A stretch of 64,000 nucleotides of DNA, from NCBI GenBank assembly GCA_951406725.2, contig OX597831.1, positions 53,196,001 through 53,260,000 of the forward strand, read 5' to 3'. Source of the stretch: Octopus vulgaris (taxonomy: Eukaryota). Position 1 is the first letter of the stretch. Every line of letters begins with the position of its first letter. The position numbers and the translations under genes are program-made. The notes beneath the pieces are model-generated. The model was not told the origin of the DNA. It saw nothing but the letters and a program-made list of their open reading frames with translations, and searched no databases. This document shows, piece by piece, positions 51,391 through 63,889 of this stretch.

Positions 51391-52957
51391 GTAGGTAACC
51401 AAAATCTCCCTCAGGATTTATCTTGTACAAAACAAGGGTCAGGTTTATCATCATCATCATCACCATGATCGTTATCATCAAGGTGGCAAGTCTCTAGAAT
51501 TGTTAGAGTGTCAGACAAAAAAATGTAATGTTTTGCAGTATTTATTCCAGCTATTTATGTTCTGAGTTCAAATCCTGCTGAGGCTGATAAAATAAAGTAC
51601 TAATCAGGCACTGAGGGTCAATGAAATTGACTGAATTCTTGTCAAAATTGTTGATCTTGCGCCTAAATCAGAAACCATTATTATTTTATCATTGTTATTA
51701 TTATTAGTATTAGTATTAATATTGAGGATGGTGAGCTGGCAGAACTGTTAGCACACCGGGCAATATGCTTAGCGGCATTTCACCTGTCTTTGTGTTCTGA
51801 GTTCAAATTCTGCAGAGGCAGACTTTGCCTTTCATCTTTTTGGGGTTGATAAAATAAGTACCAGTTGAGTTCTGGGGTTGATGTGATCGACTGTCTCTCT
51901 CACCAAATTTCAAGTCTTGTGCCTATAATAAAAAAGATTATTATTATTATTTGTTGTTATTATTATTGGCAGAGTCATGAGCACATCAAATGAGTGATAC
52001 TTCTAGCTCTTTGCATTCTGAGTACAAACTCAACATTGCCTTTCATCCTTTTGAGATTCATAAAATTAAGTAACTGTCAAGTACTGAGGTTGATACTATC
52101 AACTAACCCTCAAAACTGCTGGCCAGGTGCCAAAATTTGAAATAATCATCATTATTATTGTTAAGGTGGCATGCTGGCAAAATCAGCACACCAGACAATA
52201 TACTTAGTGGCATTTCTTCCATCATAAAATTCAAATTCAACTGAGGCCAGCTTTGCCTTTCAGTCTTTTGGGGCTGTTAAAATAAACACCAATTGAGCAC
52301 TGGGGTTGAAGAAATTGAATCATTGTTATTGCAGTGGCATTGTTGGCAATGGTAGCAGCAACAGCAATCGTTGTTATTACCATCGCCATCAAAATGATAT
52401 TTATTATTTTGCCACAACATTATTTGGTGAAATATCACCCTATTATTTAATGTGGTCCCATATTCTCAAGTGTTCCTTAATTTCTTCTCATGTTTACCAA
52501 CATACTATAAGGTTTGCCTTATTTTTGTATTATTACACCTTGATTTGTGAATATGTAGATATGTCACCACTAAAAGCGATAACCTTGACTTATTTTTGTA
52601 TTCCTACTCATAAATTACCTCGTAAAATGTCTCTTATTATTTTTTTCTACTTAATTATCTACCAGTGTATCTTACCTTTTCTCTTTTACTTGTCTCAGTT
52701 ATTGGACTGCAGCCATCCTGGGGCACTGCCTTGAAGGGATTTAGTCAATCAAATTGACTCAAGTTTCTTTTATTTTTATTTTTAAGTCTGGTACTTATTC
52801 TATCAGTCCCTGGACTTCTAATTTACTAGAACATAAGCAAACCAACACCAGTTGTTAAACGGTGATGGTGGGGGAACAAACAAACACACACACACTGGAG
52901 AAATGCACACACACACACACACATGTGTATACATATATACTGTATCAAATCAGGGAA

Positions 52958-52991
<34 letters not shown>

Positions 52992-53429
52992 TTTATCAGA
53001 TCACCAGAAGGGAAGCTAGGAGACAGGTTTACTTACATGCATACATACATAAATACAAACAAAAATACCATGTTGTTGGTGTTGAAATTCCAACGGAGGA
53101 GCCTAGATTAAAAACTGGCTCTTTCTCTATTAGCAAGAAATCTTGAAATAAAACTGAACAATCATACATAAAAATATATGTGATGGACTTCCACACATTT
53201 TCTGTCAACCAGATTTCCTTGCAAGGCATTGGTCAGCTTCAGGCTATATAGTACAAGACATTTGCTCCAGGTGCTTCACAGTGGGACTGAACTGGAAACC
53301 ACATGGTTGCAAAGTTAGCTTCTTAACCAGGCATCCATTACTGCTCCTTTTTCAGTTTATTTATGGTAATTGTTTTGGGGTTGATCTATTTTCATTTTTG
53401 TCATTTTTTCTTTTATCTTTCTTGTAAAG

Positions 53430-53619
53430 GGGTCAGAGACTTCATGGAATACATCAGCTAGCAGTAATGAGAGCCCTAGTTCTCAGTATAGTAGCTTTCA
53501 GCACAAGGTCAAAGATCAACCTCACATGTTCTTTCAGTATGAAAGTGGCGAGAAAGGTTTTCTTCACCCAGTATTTTGGACATCTCTTCCACACTGGTTA
53601 GATTTCTGCGTTAATTTAG
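53430..53619 (+). CDS. SZT2: SZT2 coding exon 29
   Basis: T tract + aag / gtaagt; ..ESGEKGFLHPVFWTSLPHWLDFCVNL; phase 0 to 1. Confidence 0.92.
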
Positions 53620-55047
53620 GTAAGTTTCTCTTTTGACCATTTATCCTATTTCTATGTTATGTTTTTTTTTGTAAAATAGGTACATGTATCCTTGTGTATC
53701 CTGGTTTTAGAAGAGATATACTGAGATCCTAGAACTAAAATTGATGGCAGGAAAGGCATCTGGCCACTAAAATACTCTGACACAAAAGCCATCCAAGCTA
53801 TGCTAGCATGGGGACCACACCAAGTGTAGTATGCAAATTTCTTAGAGCACAAATGTAAACAAAAACATAGTCATGCGGGCATGGGTTGGATGATTTGACT
53901 GAAAGCTGGTAAGCTGGTCTAGGTTCCAATCTGATTTGGCATGCCCTTCCTAACGCCAACCTCTCCAAGAGTGTAGTGGGTGCTTTTTATGTGCCACCAG
54001 CACAGGTGCCAGTTATGAAACACTGGCATTGGCCACGACTGCAATCTCACTTGGCTTGACAGGTCTTCTCAAGCGCAGTATATTGCCAAAGGTCACAGTC
54101 ATTTGTCACTGCCTCCATGAGGCTCAAAGTTCGAAAGGTTGTCTCTGGGAAAATTCTCAAAGAAAATTGTTTGTTAAAAACCAGGGCTTTGCTCAGAATG
54201 CTGGTGGATTGCCAGACATGGTGTTTTGATTTGATTTGTTCTCCTCAGCGACAAATGCTCTGGACATTATCATCATCCATATCATTGTTTTCACATCTAT
54301 TTTCCTATGCTTGCATGGGTTAAAAGGAATTTGTTGTGGTGGATTTTCTATGGCCAGATGCCCTTCCTGTTGCCAACCTTCACCTGTTTCCAAATAAAGT
54401 AATATTTCCCTGTGACCAGACATGTCTTTGCATGGAAGATTGGAAATGAAGGACAGCACTTAGATGATGGTGAAACTCCTTTACAATTATCACATGAAGT
54501 CAGGACAAGGAGTCAGTTACATGCATGCACACACACACAAACATGATAGCTTCTTTCAGTTTTTGTCTACCAAATCCACTCACAAGCCTTTGGTCAGCAA
54601 GCTTCTTACCACACAGTTATGCCTGTGCTTGGCATAACTCAACAGGGTGCATAGCTTGGAGAGTCTCTCCAGGTTGAGCCACCCTACATTGAGAGTTCGC
54701 ATCTGTGATACAATAGACATGTGATTAGAATATCATAGGTGCCACTCAGTGGGACTGAACCTAAAACCTTATGATTTGGAAGCAAACTTCTTGACATGTA
54801 AGCTGTTCCTGAACTTATTATATATCATCATCATCATCATCATCATTTAATGTCCGCTTTCCATGCTGGCATGGGTTGGATGGTTCAATAGGAGCCGGCC
54901 AGATAGAAGACTACCCCAGGCTGTTGTGTCTGTTTTGGTATGGTTTTTACAGCTGGATGTCCTTCTTAACACCAACCACCCTGCAGAGTGGACTGAGTGC
55001 TTTTATATATATAATATATATATATTTGTATATTTTTTCCATTTCAG

Positions 55048-55241
55048 CTGTTCCAGCTGTTACCAAAATTGAATTGGAACTTCAAGCTCGATTTTCAATT
55101 GAGTTCCTACTAAGAGAATTGCCAAACCAATTTGCAACAGTTGCACGGGACATCAACATAAGAATATTTAAACTAGTGCAAGACTCCCCACAAGACGAAA
55201 TTCTGATTGGGGTGCCATATTCCATAATACGCAGCAGTGCA
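55048..55241 (+). CDS. SZT2: SZT2 coding exon 30
   Basis: tttcag / gtaagt; VPAVTKIELELQARFSIEFLLRELP..; phase 1 to 0. Confidence 0.9.
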
Positions 55242-55539
55242 GTAAGTATGGTTTGTTTCAATAGATAAAATGATTGGGGCAGCTGCTATATATGTCTGTA
55301 CAGAGGAATATATACGTGTGTGCATATATATATATATTTATAAATTTTGGACTATTGGGTATATGTTGATTAGTGTGTTGAAGTGTTGAGTAGAGAACTG
55401 GCACAGTTTGGGCTACCTGGTGTCATCCTCAGTTAGGGTATATTTCCATTGGACCTACTCCAAGAATTCTGCAGTTTTGGTTGAGATAACAGTAATTTCT
55501 TAAGTAACAAGAAGATGGATTTGGTATTAATCCTTATTT

Positions 55540-55642
55540 TGTACAATGATCATTTTGAACCATCCTGCTACTGTCCCTTATGAGTGAGACTCCTTTCAAC
55601 ATGTGTTGCATCAATTTTGCAGTTTGGGTCTCATCAGGTACA
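55540..55642 (-). ncRNA. Type I hammerhead ribozyme motif, degenerate copy (GAAA to AAAA)
   Basis: Minus strand TGTAC-CTGATGA-GACCCA..TGGTTC-AAAA-TGATCA-TT-GTACA. Confidence 0.65.
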
Positions 55643-56097
55643 TCTATACACAAAGGTTTGCATCTCACTAAAGATCCTGAGTTTGGCTGTCGTGTTGTTA
55701 TATGCCTGTCTGGTTAGGGAATTAAGCATCACTACAATTTTCAATTACTATTATCTTTTTTCAATAAGAGTTGCAAACACTTGTAAATACAGACAAATAA
55801 TTGTTGATAAAAAAATGTTTGTAGGCAAAGTTAATGGATGGACAGGGATGGATTGATATCATCTCTCTGTCTTAAACTTAATGTAACTCAATCTTTCCTG
55901 TCCATCCATTAACTTCCCCTATGAACTTTTTTTAAAATTTTTATCAACAAATATTTGTCTATATTTACAAGTGTTTGCAACTCTTACTGAAAAAAGATCA
56001 TAGTAATTGATGCTTCATTCCCTAACCAGATGGGCATATAACAACACGACAGCCAAAACTCAGGATCTTTAGCGAGACAGAAACCTTTTTGTATTGA

Positions 56098-56197
56098 TGT
56101 ACCTGATGAGACCCAGCCTACCAAATTGATAAAAAACATATTGAAAGGAGTCCCACCCATAAGGGACAGTAGCAAGATGGGTCGAAACGGTTGTACA
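56098..56197 (+). ncRNA. Type I hammerhead ribozyme motif (Penelope-like), stem III shortened
   Basis: TGTAC-CTGATGA-GACCCA..(62 nt)..TGGGTC-GAAA-CGG-TT-GTACA, followed by AATAAA. Confidence 0.75.
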
Positions 56198-56235
56198 AAA
56201 TAAAGATTAATACTAAATCCATCTTCTTGTTACTT

Positions 56236-56266
<31 letters not shown>

Positions 56267-56267
56267 T

Positions 56268-56308
<41 letters not shown>

Positions 56309-56419
56309 ATATACATATATTGTATGCATGTGTGTATATATATATAAAAAATGTATGTACATATATATATATATACATATATTGTATGCGTGTGTATATA
56401 TATATATAAATGTATGTAC

Positions 56420-56451
<32 letters not shown>

Positions 56452-59400
56452 ATATGTGTATTGTGTGTAACACAATTATGCTTCTTGAATTAAAATGCTG
56501 GGTGGATAATGATATTGAACAACCAACTCTTTTAGTGAGTAATACTTATTTTGACAGTTGATGTATCTCTTTGATCTTCACTTCGCCTTGAGCAGATATT
56601 AAATTCTTTTGGAATGTTTGCCAAAATAGAACAGGTTTCTGTCCAGGGAAATAATTTATCTCTCCTCTACTTAATACCTAGAAACTGGAGTGAGATACCA
56701 TTATCTTTGTTAAAGCCATGCTTCATTCATCCAAAATATTTAAATTGGTTTCTGTTCATCTTGAAGCAGTTGGTATTAGAAAGTAGTCTCATCATAAATT
56801 GATAGCTTTAAAAACTTTAATTTTTAATGAATTAATCATTTGCCCAACCCATTCTAGTTTGAAAAAAAAAGTGACAAAAAATGGAAAATTTTATGAATAT
56901 AAATAAGGCAGCAATCTGGCAGAATTGTTACTGTGCCAGGCAAAATGCAGAATGGCATTTTTTTTATCTTTACATTCTGAGTTCAAATTCCACCAAGGTT
57001 GACTTTACCTTTCATCCTTTTAATGTCGATGGAATAGGTACCAGTTGAGCACTGGTGTTGATGTAAGTGACTAATGCCCTAACCCAAAATTGCTAGCCCT
57101 GTACTAAAGTTTGAAAATAATATAGTTTAACATAAATTGACAATTAATTGACTCTTAATATTGTCACCCCCATCCTTTATAAATCAAGGTATTGACATCA
57201 GTTCTAATTTACTTTGGCTGGCAATGGAGCTTCTGCCACAAAAACATCAACAGCTGTATGTAAAAATTAAGTAAAAATCTGTGAATTTCTACAGTTAGGA
57301 AAAAGGAAAAAGGGTATCCTATTAGTATTCTATTTTGTAATGGGATTTCTCTAATGGGTGGTATATGGCAAGGTTGGTCATGTATTGAACAGAATATCTT
57401 GCAGTCACTGATTGCATCTCCTTATGTTTTGAATTTAAATTTTGTCCAAAGCGACGTTGTCATTTGTACTTCTGGAGCTAATAAAATAAAGTGATTGTCT
57501 GCAAGAATGAGGGTCAGTTGATATAATCATCTGTATACTTAGAATTTGTGTGCCAGCATTGCCACATTCCAGTCATTGAAAGTAGCAAAACAAAAACACA
57601 AGATGAACTTGTTTTGCATTATCTGATTTTTTGTTTGTTTTGTTTTGTTTAAGTGATATCTTGTATGGAGAGGTTTAATGGCTGTAATTTTGTTGAAATA
57701 TAACCATAAAAGATTAAAATGAATTAATAACAACATATCTCAATTTTTCAAATAGAGCTAAGTTTTTTATGTTAAATACTGTAGATTGTGGAAACAAAAT
57801 TTAGAAATATTTTATGATACAGTAAACTCCTTCATACCCAGTACCACTGAGGCCAGAGGGTTATCAGATAACTCAATTTTCCAGATATCTGATCATTACT
57901 TTTTAAATTACCATGACATCTTACAATACACATTAATACTCCCTGTATTCATCAGTATTATCATTAACATTCTAAATGTAGTAGCAATGAGAGAACTAGA
58001 AAGGAATATAAAGTATGATTTAAGCTAAGAACAAGTTTTATTATCTAATGAATCTAATAAAATACAAGAATTGTAAATACAGTAAAATGAAGTTTAGTAC
58101 TTTAAGAAGCAATGATCCATGTAAAATACAGTAAAAACTTTCTTTTAAAAGACAGTTAATTAGTATTAACACAAATTCTTTTGATTCTAATTAACAGCAC
58201 TCTTTCTTTTATTTTTCTCTGGGTGCCGGTTGCTTGAGAGTTCTGGTTATTTGAGTACTGGATAAGAGTGAATTTACTGTATTTAGGTAATTTAATGAGC
58301 TGAGTAGAGGGTAAGCTACTTGGTCTGTGAATTCCATGTGTGAATTTCGGTTTCCTATTGCAGTCAATTCTGTTTACTACCTGTGTCATTGTCTTTGGAA
58401 ATAATAAACATTACTGTTATCATTTCCATTTTCCTGTAAAAATCTTTAAATTTCATTTCTACCTGGTAGTTCTTTGAGGAAATAAAACCCACTTGAAGTT
58501 CATAAAAGATCGGTGAAATTGCATGAAGTGATATCTAGATTGAAAATAGATTTTGGGAAATAGAAAAGGTCTTGAAAAAACTATGGTTAAAATATAGTTA
58601 GCATTAATATACTTAATACATTAACATATTTAATACCAGGAGCATTTAAAAAGCTAATTAGAAATATTTGCGTGGTGAAATAAAAATAAATGTTAATAAC
58701 TTAAGAGTTGTATTTCATGCTTAAATATAGTTTAACTAAAATTCTTAAATGTGTGTTTCTAAATGTTTTGAAATTCTGAAGCCATCCTGATTTTCTGTGT
58801 GTAGCTTTTGCCTATTCAAATAAACATAAAAAAAAAAGAATCCTTATTAACTAATGTCCATAGACTCACATGTACTAGTTCCTTGAAGCATATCGCACAT
58901 TGCTAAAGCCTTAATCTTCTGCTCTGTAGCTCCCCCATCTCAACTTGTGTACCGTTCTTTCTTGCAGTGGTACTTCTCTGTATTGGTGAGAGTTATTTTT
59001 TTATCCTTTTTGTTATTTTCCAATGTCTGTGCTAGCCATTTATCCAGTCATATCCATGACTGGCAGTTCTATCTTCTACTACTGTCGTTGTTTATTATTA
59101 CAACTACTACTACTGTTGCTGCTGCTACTACTATTATGTATATATATTCTCTGCACAAAATTATTGTATTTCAGTAAAGACTGAATTTTAACAATTAAAT
59201 CTTTAACGCAAGGAAGATTTTGTATTTTATTTTCTCCTATCTTTATAAGTGAAATATAGAATTTTTTTTTTAAGTAATAAAAGCCATCTGTTATGTTTGA
59301 TGTCGTTTTGCATGGTGTGAAGATTCTCTGCCATTATTATTATTATTATTTTTTTTTTTATAAATATACTACTTCTGTACAGAGATGTCGACATTGTATC

Positions 59401-62029
59401 ATCACTGATAGTTTATAAACACCTCCACTTTCATTTTTTTTTTATTTTGATTGTTTGTTTGTATTTTTCATTTGCTGCTCATGTTTTCTTACTCTTATGC
59501 AAGTGAGACCAATTTCCTTACAACTACTCTGATTTAATTTACAGTTAATATTAGATGTAGGGCTGACCTGTAGGATCTATATATAATGACATTTACTTTA
59601 GTGATCCATTTGGATTGTTGGTGTTATTGTTGCTTTGACTGAGCAGACCTGTGATTGGAAATGTTTCAATCATGACCGACCCAGCTTTTGTATATTTTGG
59701 GGATTACATTGTTCAGTGAGTCCATCATTTGTTAGCTGAAAACATGGGATTTGGGAGAAACTGGCTGTTATTTCCAATGGGTTGAATGACAGCATGGTCT
59801 CCTTTGCTTGACTTGTCAGCCATTGGTGGAAATGGTATTCATCTTGATAACTGAAAGAAACAGAAACCACTGTTGTAATGTAATGGCCTAGTTTTTGTGA
59901 TATGCCATTGAGTGAATTTTTACCAATCAACTAGGTCTTCTTTTATGTGCAACCTAGGATGTTTCCAAGTTAGTGTGTGTGTGTGTGTGCATGTGTTATT
60001 ACTGCACCATTTTAAATATGTAATCAGTGCTGTATGGGACACACTTGAACTCTGTAAAACTACTGGTTAATCAGAACTGGAGTATTTTTCTAATTCTGAA
60101 GTGGAATCGTGATCTGGTGCATTTTTTTTTTTAATGACTATAATTAAAAGGTTTCCTCCTAAACCTCATAGCATTGGGTTCAATTCCTCTTCATGGCACC
60201 TTGGACAAGTGTCTTCTGTTATAACCTTGAGCTGAGTGAGAGAAATTTCATGAAAGGAAACTATATGGAAGTCCAGTGTTTATCATCTTCAAAGCCTGTT
60301 GCTCAGTGGTTAGAGTATTTGGCTGATAATCATAAGGTCATGAGTTCAATTCCTGGTGGCACATTGTGTCATTTCATGTTGCTCCAGTGCACTGATCTGG
60401 CAAAAATGAATAGTATGTATATTTTAAAGGTCCTGCCTTGTCACATTCTGTGTCACACTGAATCTCCCTGAGAACTACTTTAATGATATGTGTGTTGGTG
60501 GAGTGCTCAACCATTTGCACATTAATTTCATGAGCTGGCTGTTCTGTTGGTCGGACTGACTGGAACCTTTATCATCATAACTGACAGAGTGCCAGTATGT
60601 ATCATCATTATCATCATCATTTTAACATCCTCTTTTCCATGCTTGCATGAGTCAGACAGAGTTTACTGAGACAAATTTTAATACAGTCTTTCTCTTAACA
60701 ATCATCATCTGTTTCCAGGCAAGGTAAAATTTCCCTTTGACCAGACATGTTTTTTTTTTCCACAGAAAACTGGAAACAAACAACATTGCTTTCATGACAG
60801 TAATGCTCATTTAGAACAAGCATGTGATGTGAATACAATGGTTCATGCACACACACACACACACCATCATTATCATCATCCTTTAGTGTCTGCTTTCTAT
60901 ACTGGCATAGGTTAGACAGTTTAACTGAAACTGGCTAGCTGGAGGGCTGCACCAGATTTCAGTCTGATTTGGCGTGGTTTCTTTGGGTGGATGCTCTTCT
61001 TAACATTGACCACTCCAAGAGTGTAATGGGTACTTTTTACATGCTACTAGCATAGGTGCCACTTATGTGACACACACACACACACATATATATATATGTG
61101 GGTAAGAAGTTTGTTTCCCAATCACATAGCTTTGACTTCAGATTACTGAAATATAATGCTTATTTATTCACCTTGTTTTGAATTAATCATGCATTATCTT
61201 GTAGCTTTGAGATTCTGCAGATGTGACTCTTTTTTTATTTTTAAATGATATTGTTGGGTAGGTTAGATCTAGTTGGTTTTGAACATAAGATAGGTATGAT
61301 ATTTGGGCTGGATATGATTGGTTTAAATGCTAAAGCGTTAAAATCAACGCAGTGAGGGTTCAAAATTAACAGTCAGAAAATCATTAACATAATGAAATTG
61401 TGAGAAACACCTAAACATGAGTATTGCACAGTTGACATCCAAATTGCTATATTTTATAGAATGGCTGTGTGCTTGCATCTGTCTATATGTATGTATTCAT
61501 GGCTGTGGAGTTAAGGAGATTGCTTTGTAACCGTGGAGTCTCAAGTTCAATCCTACTATAAAGCATCTTGGACTAGTGTCTTTTTCTGTAGTCTCAGTTT
61601 GAGTCGAGTCTTTTGAGTGAAATTGAGGAAATGGAAACTGTATGGAAGCTTGTTGGATGGAGTGTACTTGTAATTCAGTGGGCTAGCCTTCTTATACACA
61701 GTCACATTGATTCTGCCTGCAGTGTTAAGTGTACATGCTGACTGTGGAATGCTCAGCCACTTATGCATTAATTCAATGATTAGGCCATTCTGTTGATTGA
61801 ATGACTGGAACATTCATTATCAAAATCTATGGAGATGCACTAAATGCATGTATATAGGTGTGTGTGTGTTTGTATGTATGTATGTATGAATATGTGTATG
61901 TAAGTGTGCAGATGTGTGTGTGTGCATGTAGGGATATATGTATGTGTTTATGTAGTTATGTATGTATGTATGTATGTATGTATGTGTATATGTGTGAATG
62001 CATGTATGTTCTTCTCTTTCTCTTTTGAA

Positions 62030-62540
62030 TTTTAGAGTAAATTTTGACCAGCCACCTACTTTGTAGCAAGATTGTAAAGGAAAGAGTCTTCTTTTAACCA
62101 TCATCCTTTAAATCTTTAGAAGGATTAACAGATTTTTATAGTCCCAGATATCGTGATTATTTGTAGCGTATGAATTAAGGATTTGCATTCTCTCTGCTAG
62201 ATCCCAAGTTCAGCCATACTTTGCTCCAGGTGGGTTGGTATATATCCTGTTGCTTGCCATACCTAATAATAGGTATGAAACTGAAAGTGTATCTTGAGTA
62301 CTGGATTTGCAAACTCCTTATCCATGGTCCATAAATGTCGTCTTTCTCGTGTAAATTTCTAACACATCTGTGTCCAGAGGGCTGCTGATTTCCATAGCAG
62401 AACCTATGTTTACTTCGTGGTCCCACACAATGATATCTGGCTGGTTGTGTTTTAACTCAGTGACTTTTAATTTTTAAGTTCCACCAATATACTTTTGACC
62501 TGTCAGTCTCAATATGATCAGCTTCATTTGTAGGTATTTT
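62030..62540 (-). mobile_element. RLE-clade (R4/Dong-like) non-LTR retrotransposon 3' remnant
   Basis: Across frameshifts: YWWNLKIK..KHNQPDIIVWD..MEISSPLD..EKDDIYGPWIRSLQIQYSRYTFSFIPII..ATGYIP..LQIITISGTIKIC, the PD..E..K..Y restriction-like endonuclease C-terminus. Confidence 0.75.
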
Positions 62541-63889
62541 GTTTTTTTGTTTTTTTGTTTGTATGTATGTATGTATGTAGGTATGTATGTGCGTAAATAT
62601 GTATGTGTTTGTATGTGTGTGTTTGAATGTATGTGTGTATGTGTGTGTGCATATATATATGTGTGTGTGTATATAGGTATTTAGACATGTGTGTGTTTGT
62701 GTATAGTAATGTATATGTGTGTGTATGTATTTATGTATATTTGTGTGTGTGTGTGTGTATGTGTGCACATAATGTATACATGTATCCATGTCTCATTTAT
62801 TAAAATATTTTGTTTTTCTTTAGTTTTTTTTTTTTTGTTTACATTTCTTGACAAAACAAAAATTGAATTCCTTGTTGCACGCATTTAAGTCATCTTGGTT
62901 TCTGTTTGTTGTAACAAGACTTTTTTTTTTTTTTTTGCATGTCATTCAACAACTATATAATTACAAAATTTCGTTGATTTTATAGCAAATTGATTAGAAC
63001 CTCACTCTGCTTTAGCATTGTTTCTGTTAATTTCCAACAATCTCCATTCAGTTGATTTTTGTTTTCTCAAGTAATTCCTACTGATTCCATCTTGTTGCTT
63101 GATTGTCTATGATTTTTATACGTAGTGTCTGATTTTGGATGTAATAATTCCACTGCTATGGTCAATTCCTGCTCACATTTAGAAGGTCTGCAGTTTGAGA
63201 CTAAGGCAGGGCAGCCTTTCATTTGTTTATTTATTTTTACTGGCTTGCAACAATGTAATCAGAAATATGTTAGTAATTTTTTTTTTCCCTTTTCTTTTTT
63301 AAAAGTAAGGCCACTTTGCATAAAGCTTTTGATTTCACTGTATGTAAAAAAAAAAAATATTCTTTTTGCCCTCTTCGTTGAGGGATGTGTTTATTCTGTT
63401 TGCTTTGAGAAAATTACATGAAACTGCTATAATAATCAGGTTGTCAAATAACCTTTGTCTTTTGTCTTGAGTTTCATATGAAAATGTTTGTTTTTGTCTG
63501 TAATCTCTTGAGCTGTAAAGATAAAAGTTTAACAAAATAAAACTTGAATAATGCAACTTTACCAAAAACTGTTCCACTTAGATACATCGAATAACTAAAC
63601 AGTACTTACACATTTTTTTATTGTAATTTAAAAAGAGTAATTTTTTTAACAATATAAGGCAAGTTTTAATATTAGCTAATTTGAATTTCTTTTAAAAATA
63701 TACAAGTAAATCTAGATTTAATTTTTTTCCATACAAACATATTTTTAAAAATATATGAAAAAAAGTTAAATTTTAAAAATCTTCAAACGAAATTTGAAAA
63801 ATGCTTCAGAGCACTTAAAGATAAATGTTTGTAGAGTTTGTCTTATTTGAAATACTAAATAAATTATTTGGACTGTTTTTGTATTTTAG

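Larger units (their letters stand above)
55493..56244. repeat. Long imperfect inverted repeat (~360-bp arms, ~31-nt spacer)
   Basis: 55493-55856 is the reverse complement of 55888-56244, e.g. TAAGTAACAAGAAGATGGATTT vs AAATCCATCTTCTTGTTACTTA and AAGAGTTGCAAACACTTGTAAATA vs TATTTACAAGTGTTTGCAACTCTT. Confidence 0.95.

Noticed and set aside
53080-53160. Possible third decayed Penelope-type hammerhead before AATAAA
   Set aside because: Neither CTGANGA nor GAAA is intact in this copy, so the sequence alone cannot support it.
56118-56561. Cluster of overlapping ORFs on both strands (also at 27531-27791, 28335-28741, 32348-32560, 62457-62888)
   Set aside because: They are translations of TA/TG/CA/ATT microsatellites (YIYI, HTHT, poly-Y/L/I) with no coding signature.
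57530-57590. Possible SECIS element on the minus strand (ATGAC..AA..)
   Set aside because: The 3' GA of the non-Watson-Crick quartet is missing and helix pairing is poor.
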